Assembly (NCBI GenBank): GCA_002269645.1
Contig: NIVC01000237.1
Location: 372,001-436,000, forward strand
DNA length: 64,000 bases
Direction of reading: 5' to 3'
DNA from: Macrostomum lignano
Taxonomy: Eukaryota
Below are positions 37,032-55,390 of the stretch, in pieces. The position numbers and the translations under genes are program-made. Each line of letters opens with the position of its first letter. The first letter of the stretch is position 1. The notes under the pieces were generated by a model, which did not search any database, was not told the DNA's origin, and was given only the letters and a program-made list of their open reading frames with translations.

Positions 37032-39377
37032 TCTGTCTGGCTGAAATAATGAGGGTCACAATATGCATGCATCAGACCATTGGCACCCTTGATGACAACA
37101 GCTAACCTACAGATATGGATATAGAAAAAATGGTTAAGGTAGAACTTTATTGAAGTCAATATGGTATTGTCAGCCATCAACTATAATACATTAGAATGAG
37201 TGATTCATTTCAAGTGTCCAAATATTAAATCTACTAGGAAGTCAAAATCTTAGGCCTATCTAACCATAGGATGTTGTGGTGGCCAGATTACGTCACTGGC
37301 AAGCACCAGTGCAGCCACACTAGAAATCCCCCAACCTCTGTCTAGCTGAGGTGGGGTGGGTGCACACCAAGCTAGCCAGCTCACTAAGCCAGGTGGGGTT
37401 GGTATCGCCTATCATGCCACACCACCTTTCCTTGTTGCATCTCCCTAGGCCCCTCAATCTTGCACTATTTATAAATATAAATACACACACAAAGCAACAC
37501 AAAATCTTCACTGTATTATATCTATTGAACTAAAAGGCCTTCCACCTAATAGATCATATCAGGCTTACCAATAGATATTTATTATGTCACAAAAGTGATA
37601 CATCTTATAATTGTCAAATTGGAATAACATTTTTTTGTAAAATAGGCCTAACAAATATAAATCTCTAAAAAAATTAATAAGCAATCATGTATAGGCCTAT
37701 CATGTACTATATAAAGACAACTATACATTTTTCATTTGTACACTATTATGCATGCAATCTTAGTTATACTGCACATTAGAAAATTCTAATATAACTATAT
37801 TTTCCAGGGTATCAACTTAAACTATATATTTTTGATAATAGGCCTATATGGCTAATGGCTTTAGCAAGAGTTTGTTTGACTAAAATACTTTTTGTTTTTC
37901 AAAATGGCATAAAATCAAGATATTATCAATTTAGAAAATAGACATTAGGTCTTATTATTATACTGAATATGAAATTCTTTAAATTTAAATAGGCTTTTTG
38001 ATCTATATAATCAGAAAGTATCTTATATATTAAAATTTTCTAATGCATATTAATTCTTTATAGTTCATTGGTATGCATGCTTTTTATACCACTTTTTGTA
38101 TGCCAAATACAATTTTTAAGATTTAAACATGCTAAATATTTTGAAAATAGGTGCAAGTATTTTCCAGTGTCTATATTAAAAGATATGATATTTTGAAAAA
38201 AAACCATTAAAAGGTAATGGGAATGCAACCAAAAAATATAAATATTAGTTCAATATAACAAGGCTATTTTAAAGAATTTAAATACTAGCACTTAAAGTAA
38301 TTGCAAGCTATTGTAAAAGAGTAATAGATACAATACTTATTTTGGTATAATATTAATATTAAATATTAAATGCAGGCTATAACAATAGAAAAAATGCTTC
38401 ATAATCATAGCTGCAACAGAAAATTAAATTTAAAGTTGCATAATTTTGGAATTTTGGAGTACATATGATAGTCACATTTCTAATTTTTGGCATACTTGGC
38501 AAGCACCTAAAATTTAGCCCAAAAAAATCTGGCATACATTAGACACCTTGAACCTTCTAATAAACAATGGATTTTGACTATTGCTAATATCAATTATATG
38601 AAATGAAATGAAGACAATTTCATTCCCATTGCAAAAAATATTTAGTGTAGTCTGTCAGTAGTGTAATACTACTAAACTATTCATTATTAATTTTAATACT
38701 GATTTAATGATTATCAGATTATAGTTTTAATTAAAGAGTAAATTATAAAAAATACAACAATTAAATATCCCAAATCTCTTATAAAGAAGCAAAAAATATT
38801 TAAAAACATACATAGTGTACACTCTATTGATATTATAGTGTATAGAGTATGGTTTTTTGAAGTTTTGGAAATTGTGTCAATGGTCTTGCTTGCCCTTTTT
38901 TACTCTTCTCGTTTACAGCATAACCTAGTCCTAGTCTATAAAAGTGTCCTAATCTAAGTCAGTCGTGTCCGAAGAATATCTAGCACTTGACACTGTTACA
39001 CTGTTACAGCAATGCAATACATCCTGTCATCGTTTCATGCATTGACAATGAACTGTCAATGAATCCTGATTCAGTTCATAGTTGAGACTTGAGAGTCGAT
39101 ATCATTCAAGTTTTGATTAAAATTTCTCAATTTAAAACTTTGCACCCGCACTGGGTCTCCCTAAAAAACGCACCGCACCGTCCCGAACCGCTACACATTA
39201 TAAAATTTTTTGTCAATGCAGTATTTGATTGCAAGGAAAACTATTTGTTGTAAGAGTAATGGAATAAATATCTTTAATTATTATTATAAATATTGTTATT
39301 ATTTTTTATATTCTCGTTTTCATTATTAAATTATATTATTATTAAAACAGAAACAAACTGTAAATTTACAGAACGTC

Positions 39378-39795
<418 letters not shown>

Positions 39796-40589
39796 GTGTG
39801 CCAGCTCTGCCAGCAGACTCAGTGCAGCCGACTCTGCCCTCGGTGCGGCAGTGCTATCATGATGTCATCAGTCGGCGGTGTCGATTCTTCGACATCAATC
39901 ATTTCAAATGCATTCTACCGTTTGCTTCTGCAAAATTAAAAAAATGCACTCCTTTTAAGCTTCTTCTCGACAGAATTGTGACTGCTGTCTCCAACGAAAC
40001 CCATACCAGCTTTATTTTTGAAATTCAGATTTTTTTAAATCAACTCATAAAAAACCGCACAGCGTAACGCAACAGTGCAGCTTTTGCAAATAAAAAAATC
40101 CGGCATCAATTCCCTATTCAGCTTATTTATCCCCTGTTATCCTCCAGCGAAGGGGTCTGGTTGGAATGCGCTGCTTCTATCAAGTCAACGTAGCTGGGAT
40201 CAATATGCTTCAGTTCAAGCTTCGGCTGAGAATGAAAATCGAAGGAACCCGTAAACACCCCCCCTGCAGCAGCCCACCACTCAGCTATCAAATCTCTTTA
40301 ATTTATGAATTTTGACACTTCCGAAAAGCAATAAAAACAAACGGATTACGTTTATAATTGATACTTAATAATTTCTATTTTTAGGTTTTAGGAACTGCTG
40401 AAAGAAAATCGTCATAATTTTGCAACCCTTTTGAAACTGTAAATAATAAAGTAATTCACAATATAGCGGCCTGACTTTTAATCATTTATTTGTTTTAGCA
40501 CAAGCCTGTGAAAATATTGAATTCTAAGATGTGTTGCCTATGTTTACCACATAAAACATGTACAGTAATATCATGGATAGTCTTGCTCG

Positions 40590-41324
40590 TGCTTCCCGCC
40601 GTGGCTGTAAACCTACTCCAGCTCGACTTCAACACCCGACTGCAGTCATTCTTGAGTGTCCTCGACAGCGCCGTGGCGCCCGCTGCTGCTACTGCGCCAG
40701 TGCGGAGTCCCTGCTGACCGGCTGATCGCGGATGACCTCGAGCGGTGGCACACCAGCCAGAAACCCGACTGCCAGCTGCTGCGGCCGCTGCAACTTCTCG
40801 ACAAGCGAACGTCCGCGTTGATCGCCGATTAACGCAGATTTGAAGCGCTGTTTAGACAAGTCGAGGACGTCATCAACAATCAGTCTGTGCTGCTTCAATT
40901 TGACCTTGGCTGATGCTGCCGCTCGTGTTTTCCTTGTTTAACTGGTGCCGAACCGCGAGATCTGGAGAGCTGATCCAGCTAGTGAAGCAAGCCAATGCCA
41001 CCGTTGGCAGCGCAGCCTCCAATCGCTGTCCGAAACTCGCATCGGTGAATAACGATCCAGTTGAAGATCGACAGCCAATCGCCCAATCAGATGGGACTTC
41101 ATCGGCTTGTGTCGTTGTCTCTGAACTACTGTGGTCATTCAGCCAGCCGGACCTCAGCAGCAGCGACAGTCCGCTCTGCCAGCGGTGCTTCACTCAACCT
41201 GAACCGAGTGATCCTGCCATGCGCTCACTTTTGCTTCTACAGCCTCTACCTGACCGCTGAGGTCCGGCGCTGCCCGAAATGCCGAACTGACATTTTGACT
41301 GTCATCAGAGCGGCAAGTTGCTGA
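40590..41324 (+). pseudogene. Disrupted intronless coding sequence with a C-terminal RING finger (C3HC4-like)
   Basis: PLCQRCFTQP (~41171-41200) then a frame change to NRVILPCAHFCFYSLYLTAEVRRCPKCRTDILTVIR*; one Zn-ligand Cys is absent. The upstream coding-like frame (DRLIADDLERWH...LIAD*RRFEALFRQVEDV...FDLG*) has in-frame stops. Confidence 0.7.
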
Positions 41325-41459
41325 CTCCTAGCTAACAGGCAGTTTGGTAATTAGATATATTAATCAAAGTTGTCCTTGTTCGGTCTATGAACCAAGCCTT
41401 TAGTCCTGCTTGCCATGTGACACGGCTCTTATTTCTAAGGCCCAGTAGACAGCATTTCT

Positions 41460-41720
41460 GTTGTTCATGTTTTTGTTTTTATTGTTTTTGTTGTCATTGT
41501 TGTTTTTGTTTTTGTTCTTGTTGTTGTTCTTGTTGTTTTTGTTGTTGTTATTGTTGTTATTGTTGATGTTGTTGTTGTTGTTATTGTTGTCGTTGTTGTT
41601 GTTGTTGTTATTGTTGTTGTTGTTATTGTTGTTGTTGTTTTTGTTGTTGTTGTTTTTGTTGTTCTTGTTCTTGTTGTTGTTATTGTTGTTTTTGTTGTTA
41701 TTGTTGTTGTTGCTGTTTGT
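41460..41720 (+). repeat. (TTG)n trinucleotide repeat, degenerate
   Basis: Direct reading; explains the poly-Leu and poly-Thr ORFs. Confidence 0.95.
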
Positions 41721-42603
41721 AATTGTTCAAAATGTCTATGGTAATTTACGTTAAGACAATGAGATTCAAGCAATGACTGGAAATTGATAATAAAGCAATT
41801 TACCGGGATATCATTTTAGAAAACGAACGAGTCTATGAGCGTAAAATAAGATAGTCTATGGTTGTAATTGGAGGCTTCGCCCCACACCCCCATTCTCCCT
41901 TCCCACTCAGATCTTGATCATAGATAATAAAAACTGTGATCTGTGATCTTGATTGACAAATTGACGTGTACCTCTCAAACTAAAAAAAAGACAAAAAGAC
42001 AGAAGATAAGAAAACTGATAATGCACGTTAGTGCATGCTCCAATCATTTTAATTACGATTTATTAACACGAACAAACCTACGTTACGTTTAAATTACACG
42101 TGTATTCTTAATAAAGAGCAGACTAAGACTTGAGCAACATAATATTAATGCTGCAATGTGCAGGTGAACATTATTCATAATTTTATGATTGCACACCGAA
42201 TTCTCGCCTAAAAAAGCATTACAGCAGAATGAGAAATTCTGCTGTAATTGATTTGCCAATAAGTGCACGCGCCAGTATTTGATTTGCCAATAAAACAGGC
42301 AATTACACAGGTAACACTGTCATGTCATGTCTACTACATGTAAATCAGCTTTGACCTGCAGACACAGGCCAGCAAATTAGAGCATGCTTGAAGACTGGGA
42401 CGAAAAAGTTGATGAAATTGAAAGCTTTAAAATTGTTCCGCAGGTACAAGTACAATATAATACAGTAGCAGCATGTGTCCTGCAGATGAGGATGAGCAAA
42501 GTGCACTACTTTCAGCCTACAAAATGAATATGGCACGCAAAATATTCTTTCCATGTGTTTGCTATACTTGTAATGCACTCAGTTTTAAGATCGAGAGTGG
42601 GAC

Positions 42604-43208
42604 GCAGCGGCACCCACTGAAGGATCAGGAAGGGGGCAGCGGCACCCACTGAAGGATCAGGGGAGGGGGGCAGCGGCACCAACTGAAGGATCACGGAGGG
42701 GACAGCGGCACCCACTGAAGGATCAAGGAGGGGGCAGCGGCACCCACTGAAGGATCAGGGAGGGGACAGCGGCACCCACTGAAGGATCAGGGAGGGGACA
42801 GCGGCACCCACTGAAGGATCAGGGAGGGGACAGCGGCATCCACTGAAGAATCAGGGAGGGGACAGCGGCACCCACTGAAGGATCAGGGAGGGGACAGCGG
42901 CACCCACTGAAGGATCAGGGAGGGGACAGCGGCACCCACTGAAGGATCAGGGAGGGGACAGCGGCACCCACTGAAGGATCAGGGAGGGGACAGCGGCACC
43001 CACTGAAGGATCAGGGAGGGGACAGCGGCACCCACTGAAGGATCAGGGAGGGGACAGCGGCATCCACTGAAGAATCAGGGAGGGGACAGCGGCACCCACT
43101 GAAGGATCAGGGAGGGGACAGCGGCACCCACTGAAGGATCAGGGAGGGGACAGCGGCACCCACTGAAGGATCAGGGAGGGGACAGCGGCACCCACTGAAG
43201 GATCAGGG
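42604..43208 (+). repeat. 32-bp tandem repeat (CAGCGGCACCCACTGAAGGATCAGGGAGGGGA)
   Basis: Period 32 (42781, 42813...), just 3' of the Scratch stop codon. Confidence 0.96.
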
Positions 43209-43276
43209 GGTGCCTGTAGCTACAGGCAGCCTCTTTCACCAAAGCAGCAATAAGCCGAAATCATAGAGTTTGGTCA

Positions 43277-48853
<5,577 letters not shown>

Positions 48854-50659
48854 GTGCAGCTCTGGTGGGAGGGAAATGTGCCGATGGGATATTTGTTAAG
48901 CAATGCGGTTGATGTCTCGAAAGTGGCAAGCCGGTTTTTATAAAAAGGGGATAGATTTCCCGCTAGCGCCGGCGGCGGGGGTTCCGGGAAGTGGGGGACA
49001 CCTTGGGATGGGGAAGGAGGCGATCGGGGCAGCTGGGATTGGCTGCTAGCGAGGCCCCGACAACAAGTGTGCCGTCACTTCGGCCGCGACAGCCCCCCGC
49101 CAGGGCGGCCGAGAGCGGACCAATTATCCCAGGGGTTGGCGGTAAATTTCCCAGCACATCCGGCAGCTGCATATAGGAGATTCGCACAACAAACAGGCAA
49201 GGAAATCTAGAACTAGGGATCTGGAATGCCAGCTCCACCCCAAACCTCTCTAGCGTTACCGATTGAGGCTGAAGCATATCTGTAAAATTCATGGCGTTAT
49301 CAGCGATTTCCAGATAGCTAAGTCTCAACAGAATTTAAAATAAAACTAGAAATTGTGTAAATTTTAGAATTGGCTTTAAAAGTTGCGAATACTGAATTGC
49401 TCAGTATAAAATTAAAAGAGAGAGGTGAGAGGGAGAAATGAAAGCGGAGATGGGAGGGCAGAGAGAGGGGCAGAGAGATGAGAGGGGAGATGAGAGGGGA
49501 GAAATATGAGAGGGTAGAGAGATGAGAGGATAGATAGATGAGAGGGAGAGAGCTTAGAGGGGGTATGAGAGGGGAGATTAGAGGGGAGATGAGAGGGGAG
49601 AGAGATGAGAGGGAGAGATTGGAGGGGAGATGAGAGGGGAGAGAGATGAGAGGTAGATTAGAGGGGAGATGAGAGGGGAGAGAGATGAGAGGGAGAGATT
49701 AGAGGGGAGATGAGAGGAGAGAGGAGATGGAGAGAGAGTCTTCATCATCTTAATTTGATGAAGTTCTGACAACATTTGTAAAAGCCGCCATTGAAAGCCT
49801 ACCTTGGTCTGCACATTGGGTCCGAGGTGCTGCAGTTGGCAATCCAGACTCAGGATCCAGGCCTCCATGAAGCAGCCGATCCACTCCCTCACTCGATTAT
49901 CCCCGCTCTCGACTTCCCGCAGAGTTCGGGAAATTGACCGGGGGGGGGGGATAACAAGCACCCCTTCGAGCCCCGCAACCGTGCCAACAACTGACCCGCT
50001 TGTGTCAAAAAAGACCTGACTCAATATGGCCAGTCTGGCAAGGAAACGAGAGGGTTACAAAAAAGGAATTTCAAGAAGTGACTTTGGCCACGCACCCGCG
50101 GAGGAGAATTTGAAACAAAACAGGTCACAAAACGAGGCAGAGAACTGCATGGAGGCTGGGCTTAATTGCGTCCAACCTTTTTAACCGGGCCGAGTGTGTA
50201 AACAACAGGCGGGGCCTCATCAAGCGACTTGAGTGACCTGCAGCAGCGCGTGTCACTTGGCCGCACTTGATCATGCCGCGGGAGCAACTGCACGGCCGGG
50301 GCTCAGGCCAGAGACATGGGCTGCGAGGGGGGGAGCAGGCAGACTTGGCAACTGACGGTCCAACCATTTAAATGGACCCGCAGCGCCGGACTTGGCTCGT
50401 GTTGCCAGGAGCGAGTGAATTACCGCACACACATAGATGGGAATTGCATTGATGAGCCTAAGAATGTTTCCATTCTGATGCTGATGCCAAAGTGAAGCAG
50501 TTGCTCCTCCCCTGTCTGTCACTTGCGCGCCAGCTACAGGCTAGCATTCAAAACTGGCCCATTTTCAACAAAGAATGCAAAGAGATCGGGGTTGGGGCAC
50601 AGGTGACTTGCAAATATATTTTTACCGGTTGGAAGGCAGCATCCCACTTGAGAATCAGG

Positions 50660-52410
50660 GCTGATAGGATAATTATCCTGTACCTGTGAATGAAGGCTGA
50701 TGGGATAAGTATCCTGTACCTGTGAATGAAGGCTGATGGGATAAGTATCCTGTACCTGTGAATGAAGGCTGATGGGATAAGTATCCTGTACCTGTGAATG
50801 AAGGCTGATGGGATAAGTATCCTGTACCTGTGAATGAAGGCTGATGGGATAAGTATCCTGTACCTGTGAATGAGGGCTGATGGGATATAATCACCTGTGA
50901 ATCGGGGCTGATGGGATATAATCACCTGTGAATCGGGGCTGATGGTATATAATCACCTGTGAATCGGGGCTGATGGGATATAATCACCTGTGAATCGGGG
51001 CTGATGGGATATAATCACCTGTGAATCGGGGCTGATGGGATATAATCACCTGTGAATCGGGGCTGATGGGATATAATCACCTGTGAATCGGGGCTGATGG
51101 GATATAATCACCTGTGAATCGGGGCTGATGGGATATAATCACCTGTGAATCGGGCTGATGGGATATAATCACCTGTGAATCGGGGCTGATGGGATATAAT
51201 CACCTGTGAATCGGGGCTGATGGGATATAATCACCTGTGAATCGGGGCTGATGGGATATAATCACCTGTGAATCGGGCTGATGGGATATAATCACCTGTG
51301 AATCGGGGCTGATGGGATATAATCACCTGTGAATCGGGGCTGATGGGATATAATCACCTGTGAATCGGGGCTGATGGGATATAATCACCTGTGAATGAGG
51401 GCTGATGGGATATAATCACCTGTGAATGAGGGCTGATGGGATATAATCACCTGTGAATCGGGGCTGATGGGATATAATCACCTGTGAATCGGGGCTGATG
51501 GGATATAATCACCTGTGAATGAGGCCTGATGGGATATAATCACCTGTGAATCGGGGCTGATGGGATATAATCACCTGTGAATCGGGGCTGATGGGATATA
51601 ATCACCTGTGAATCGGGGCTGATGGGATATAATCACCTGTGAATCGGGGCTGATGGAATATAATCACCTGTGAATCGGGGCTGATGGTATATAATCACCT
51701 GTGAATCGGGGCTGATGGGATATAATCACCTGTGAATCGGGGCTGATGGGATATAATCACCTGTGAATCGGGGCTGATGGGATATAATCACCTGTGAATC
51801 GGGGCTGATGGGATATAATCACCTGTGAATCGGGGCTGATGGGATATAATCACCTGTGAATCGGGGCTGATGGGATATAATCACCTGTGAATCGGGGCTG
51901 ATGGGATATAATCACCTGTGAATCGGGGCTGATGGGATATAATCACCTGTGAATCGGGGCTGATGGGATATAATCACCTGTGAATCGGGCTGATGGGATA
52001 TAATCACCTGTGAATCGGGGCTGATGGGATATAATCACCTGTGAATCGGGGCTGATGGGATATAATCACCTGTGAATCGGGGCTGATGGGATATAATCAC
52101 CTGTGAATGAGGGCTGATGGGATATAATCACCTGTGAATGAGGGCTGATGGGATATAATCACCTGTGAATCGGGGCTGATGGGATATAATCACCTGTGAA
52201 TCGGGGCTGATGGGATATAATCACCTGTGAATGAGGCCTGATGGGATATAATCACCTGTGAATCGGGGCTGATGGGATATAATCACCTGTGAATGAGGCC
52301 TGATGGGATATAATCACCTGTGAATCGGGGCTGATGGGATATAATCACCTGTGAATGAGGCCTGATGGGATATAATCACCTGTGAATCGGGGCTGATGGG
52401 ATATAATCAC
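50660..52410 (+). repeat. Compound minisatellite: 36-bp units switching to related 31-bp units (CACCTGTGAATCGGGGCTGATGGGATATAAT)
   Basis: Direct reading; the switch occurs at ~50870. Confidence 0.96.
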
Positions 52411-53169
52411 CAGTGAACCATGGATTTGGGGACTTCAGTGAATGTTGCAAATAAAAAAATTAAGGAGTCAGATACTTAAGGCCTGTACAGAAAGAACGAC
52501 TAAGAGGGATTAGAATCCTATTCAGGTGCGATAATTGACGCCACCAAGAACAAGTGGGGGTGAAGTTTCGCACTGTTTAGCTTAAATTTGCTGTGCAGAC
52601 ACAATGCATACACAGAAAGGTGGCTGAAGAAGCGCTGGCTGCAGCAAGTGTCCCAGCTAAGCGACAAGGTTTAAGCTGGGCTGGCTTAAATTTCTGAAAA
52701 CTAGTGTATAGTTATAGTCAACAGAAATTTGAATTGTTTCAAGATTGTGTTCAAAGCCGAATATAAAACAGATTTTTTTCAATTATTGCCACATCTTCGT
52801 TTGGCTAAAAATCTGCAAAACAACCGCGCACCCCAGAAGCAGTTTTGGCAAACCACAGGCAGCAGAAGCATCAAGGTACGCAGGCAGACTCCATATGACT
52901 ACCATCGGGCAGAATGCTAACACCAAGTGCTACAGGCAAAGAAAAACTACATCCACTGCAGGCTTGTCAAGTGGCAACTGCGCAGTCAGGAAGGCAAACA
53001 GCAAAGTTAATGAGAATAACACGCTTCGTCATTATAATACCGCACCGGAGTCTTAACCGCAGGATCTTAATTGAGTGACACAATCTGCGCAGCTAAGACA
53101 GTTTTGCCAGGATCTGGACAGTTTCAGGTTGCAACTGTGACTGTATTGTGAACTTAAATTGGATGCGGA

Positions 53170-54110
53170 CGAGCGAGGCAAGGAGGGGAAGCTGCTGATG
53201 GGATTAGACAAAATAAACTTCGATACATGGGGGAAGAGGTAGGCAATACTGCTTGGGAAGAGAGAGGAAGAGTAACGAGATAGGAGCCGATGAGGAGAGC
53301 AGGAGGCAGAGTAGGAGAGGGAGAGTAAGAGAGGAAGGGCAAAAGAGGGAGAGCAGGAGAGGGAAAGTAGGATAGGGAGAGTAAGAGAGGAGAGTAGGAG
53401 ATGGGAGAGTAGGAAGGAGAGTAGGAAGGAGAGTAGGAGAGGGAGAGTAGGAGATGGCGAGTAGGAAGGAGAGTAGGAGAGGGAGAGTAGGAGGGGGAGA
53501 GTAGTAGAGGGATGGTAGGAGGAGAGTAGGAGAGGGGGGTAGGAAGGGGAGAGTAGTAGAGGGAGGGTAGGAGGAGAGTAGGAGAGGGGGGTAGGAAGGG
53601 GAGAGTAGTAGAGGGAGGGTAGGAGGGGGAGAGTAGGAGAGGGAAAGTAGGATAGGGGGAGTAAGAGAGGAGAGTAGGAGATGGCGAGTAGGAAGGAGAG
53701 TAGTAGAGGGAGAGTAGGAGAGGGAAAGTAGGATAGGGAGAGTAAGAGAGGAGAGTAGGAGATGGGAGAGTAGGAAGGAGAGTAGGAGAGGGAGAGTAGG
53801 AGGGGGAGAGTAGTAGAGGGATGGTAGGAGGAGAGTAGGAGAGGGGGGTAGGAAGGGGAGAGTAGTAGAGGGAGGGAAGGAGGGGGAGAGTAGTAGAGGG
53901 AGCGTAGGAGGAGGAGAGTAGTAGAGGGAGGGTAGGAGAGGGAGAGTAGTAGAGGGAGGGTAGGAGAGGGAGAGTAGGAGAGGGAGGGTAGGAGGGGGAG
54001 AGTAGTAGAGGGAGCGTAGGAGGAGGAGAGTAGTAGAGGGAGGGTAGGAGAGGGAGAGTAGTAGAGGGAGGGTAGGAGAGGGAGAGTAGGAGAGGGAGGG
54101 TAGGAGAGAC
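53170..54110 (+). repeat. Purine-rich low-complexity repeat (GGAGAGTAGGAGAG)
   Basis: Direct reading; explains ORF 53204..54166. Confidence 0.93.
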
Positions 54111-55069
54111 AATCTGTGTTCCACTATGTCAGTAGGCAGGTGCTGCCGCCAAGGCCTCCCAAGCAAGTTAATAAAGTTAAGATACGGTGAAGTGTCAGAC
54201 AGGTGCTGGATCTTGGTAGGCTGGGCTCAATCCAGAAGCAATCCAGAAGAAACCAACTGGCTACAGAAGCAACTGCAACTTCGGCGAACACCTGGATTCA
54301 CTCGGCACAAGCAGAAGTCGCGCGACTTTTTGAACAAAAAATTTTTCGCCATGTGCCTCGCCGGGGGACGGCGGCTTGCGCAACCAGCCGTTTAATTCAG
54401 TTCAGCTGACAGAGGTTCACCAGCCTTTCTCTGCTTCAGCGCGGAAGCAGCAATTGTCGCAGGAGACTTTGTTCCACTCAAATATTGCCAGCCACACGAC
54501 ACGGGACGGGCGCGACGCCCACTTGAAGTCAGCATGTACAAGCTGGAGGATATTTAGCGAACATGAGGGATGCTGATTCTGATGAAGCTGGACACAGCGA
54601 GCGGCATTGACTGACTCGCGCAGATTTATTCCACAAGTGGCTCGCAAGATGCGACGCTTCAAAACTCCGGGCGACAAAGTGGGCCTGTCATGCAGCCTGC
54701 TAAGAGAGACTTGAAATGGACAATTTTTAAAAAACTGTCATCTCGACCTCTTTACAACCGTTTCTAATTGGTCAGAATTAAATTAGCCAAGCCAGGACCG
54801 GCAGTAATTTATAAACTCCCTGCGTTGAACACAAAGGAGAAGAAAGCTCAAGCAGAACAATGGCATCGTTTGTGTATACAGCATTAACACCAGGTTTCAG
54901 TTTATTAATGTACTTTCAGTACGTCAAAGTCATGAATCACGTGAAACAATATGAAAATATAGTTGATGGAGCACGAAATCGGCGAACAAATCAAAAAGAA
55001 TCTTTGCAGTCTGATTCCCTCATTCTCCTGTGTCTAATTTTCCTGATTCTTCTTAGTGAGATTCTCGAA

Positions 55070-55290
55070 TTCCCCTCAGACTGATTCTCTAATTCCCCTC
55101 AGACTGATTCCCAAATTCCCCTCAGACTGATTCTCAAATTCCCCTCAGATTGATTCTCTAATTCCCCTCAGACTGATTCTCTAATTCCCCTCAGACTGAT
55201 TCCCAAATTCCCCTCAGACTGATTCTCTTAATTCCCCTCAGACTGATTCTTGAATTCCCCTCAGACTGATTCTCAAATTCCCCTTTTAGT
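55070..55290 (+). repeat. ~23-bp tandem repeat (AATTCCCCTCAGACTGATTCTCT)
   Basis: Direct reading, 3' of ALKBH1. Confidence 0.9.
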
Positions 55291-55390
55291 CACCCGATCC
55301 CCAATTCCCTTTCTAGTTTATTTCTCTAATAGCAACCTAACCAAAAGCCTGCATTTCGATTCCCAGCCTCCTCGTCCCCCATCAAGCGAG

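Noticed and set aside
37550-39290. Long AT-rich stretch (also 31300-33700) searched for hidden genes or RNA genes
   Set aside because: No coding signal, repeat structure or RNA-gene motif was recognisable by eye.
49801-49900. Upstream Scratch coding exon (phase-1 donor CAAG|GTAGGC)
   Set aside because: The compatible frame has an upstream TAA and no ATG; at most a 5' UTR exon, and it encodes no SNAG motif.
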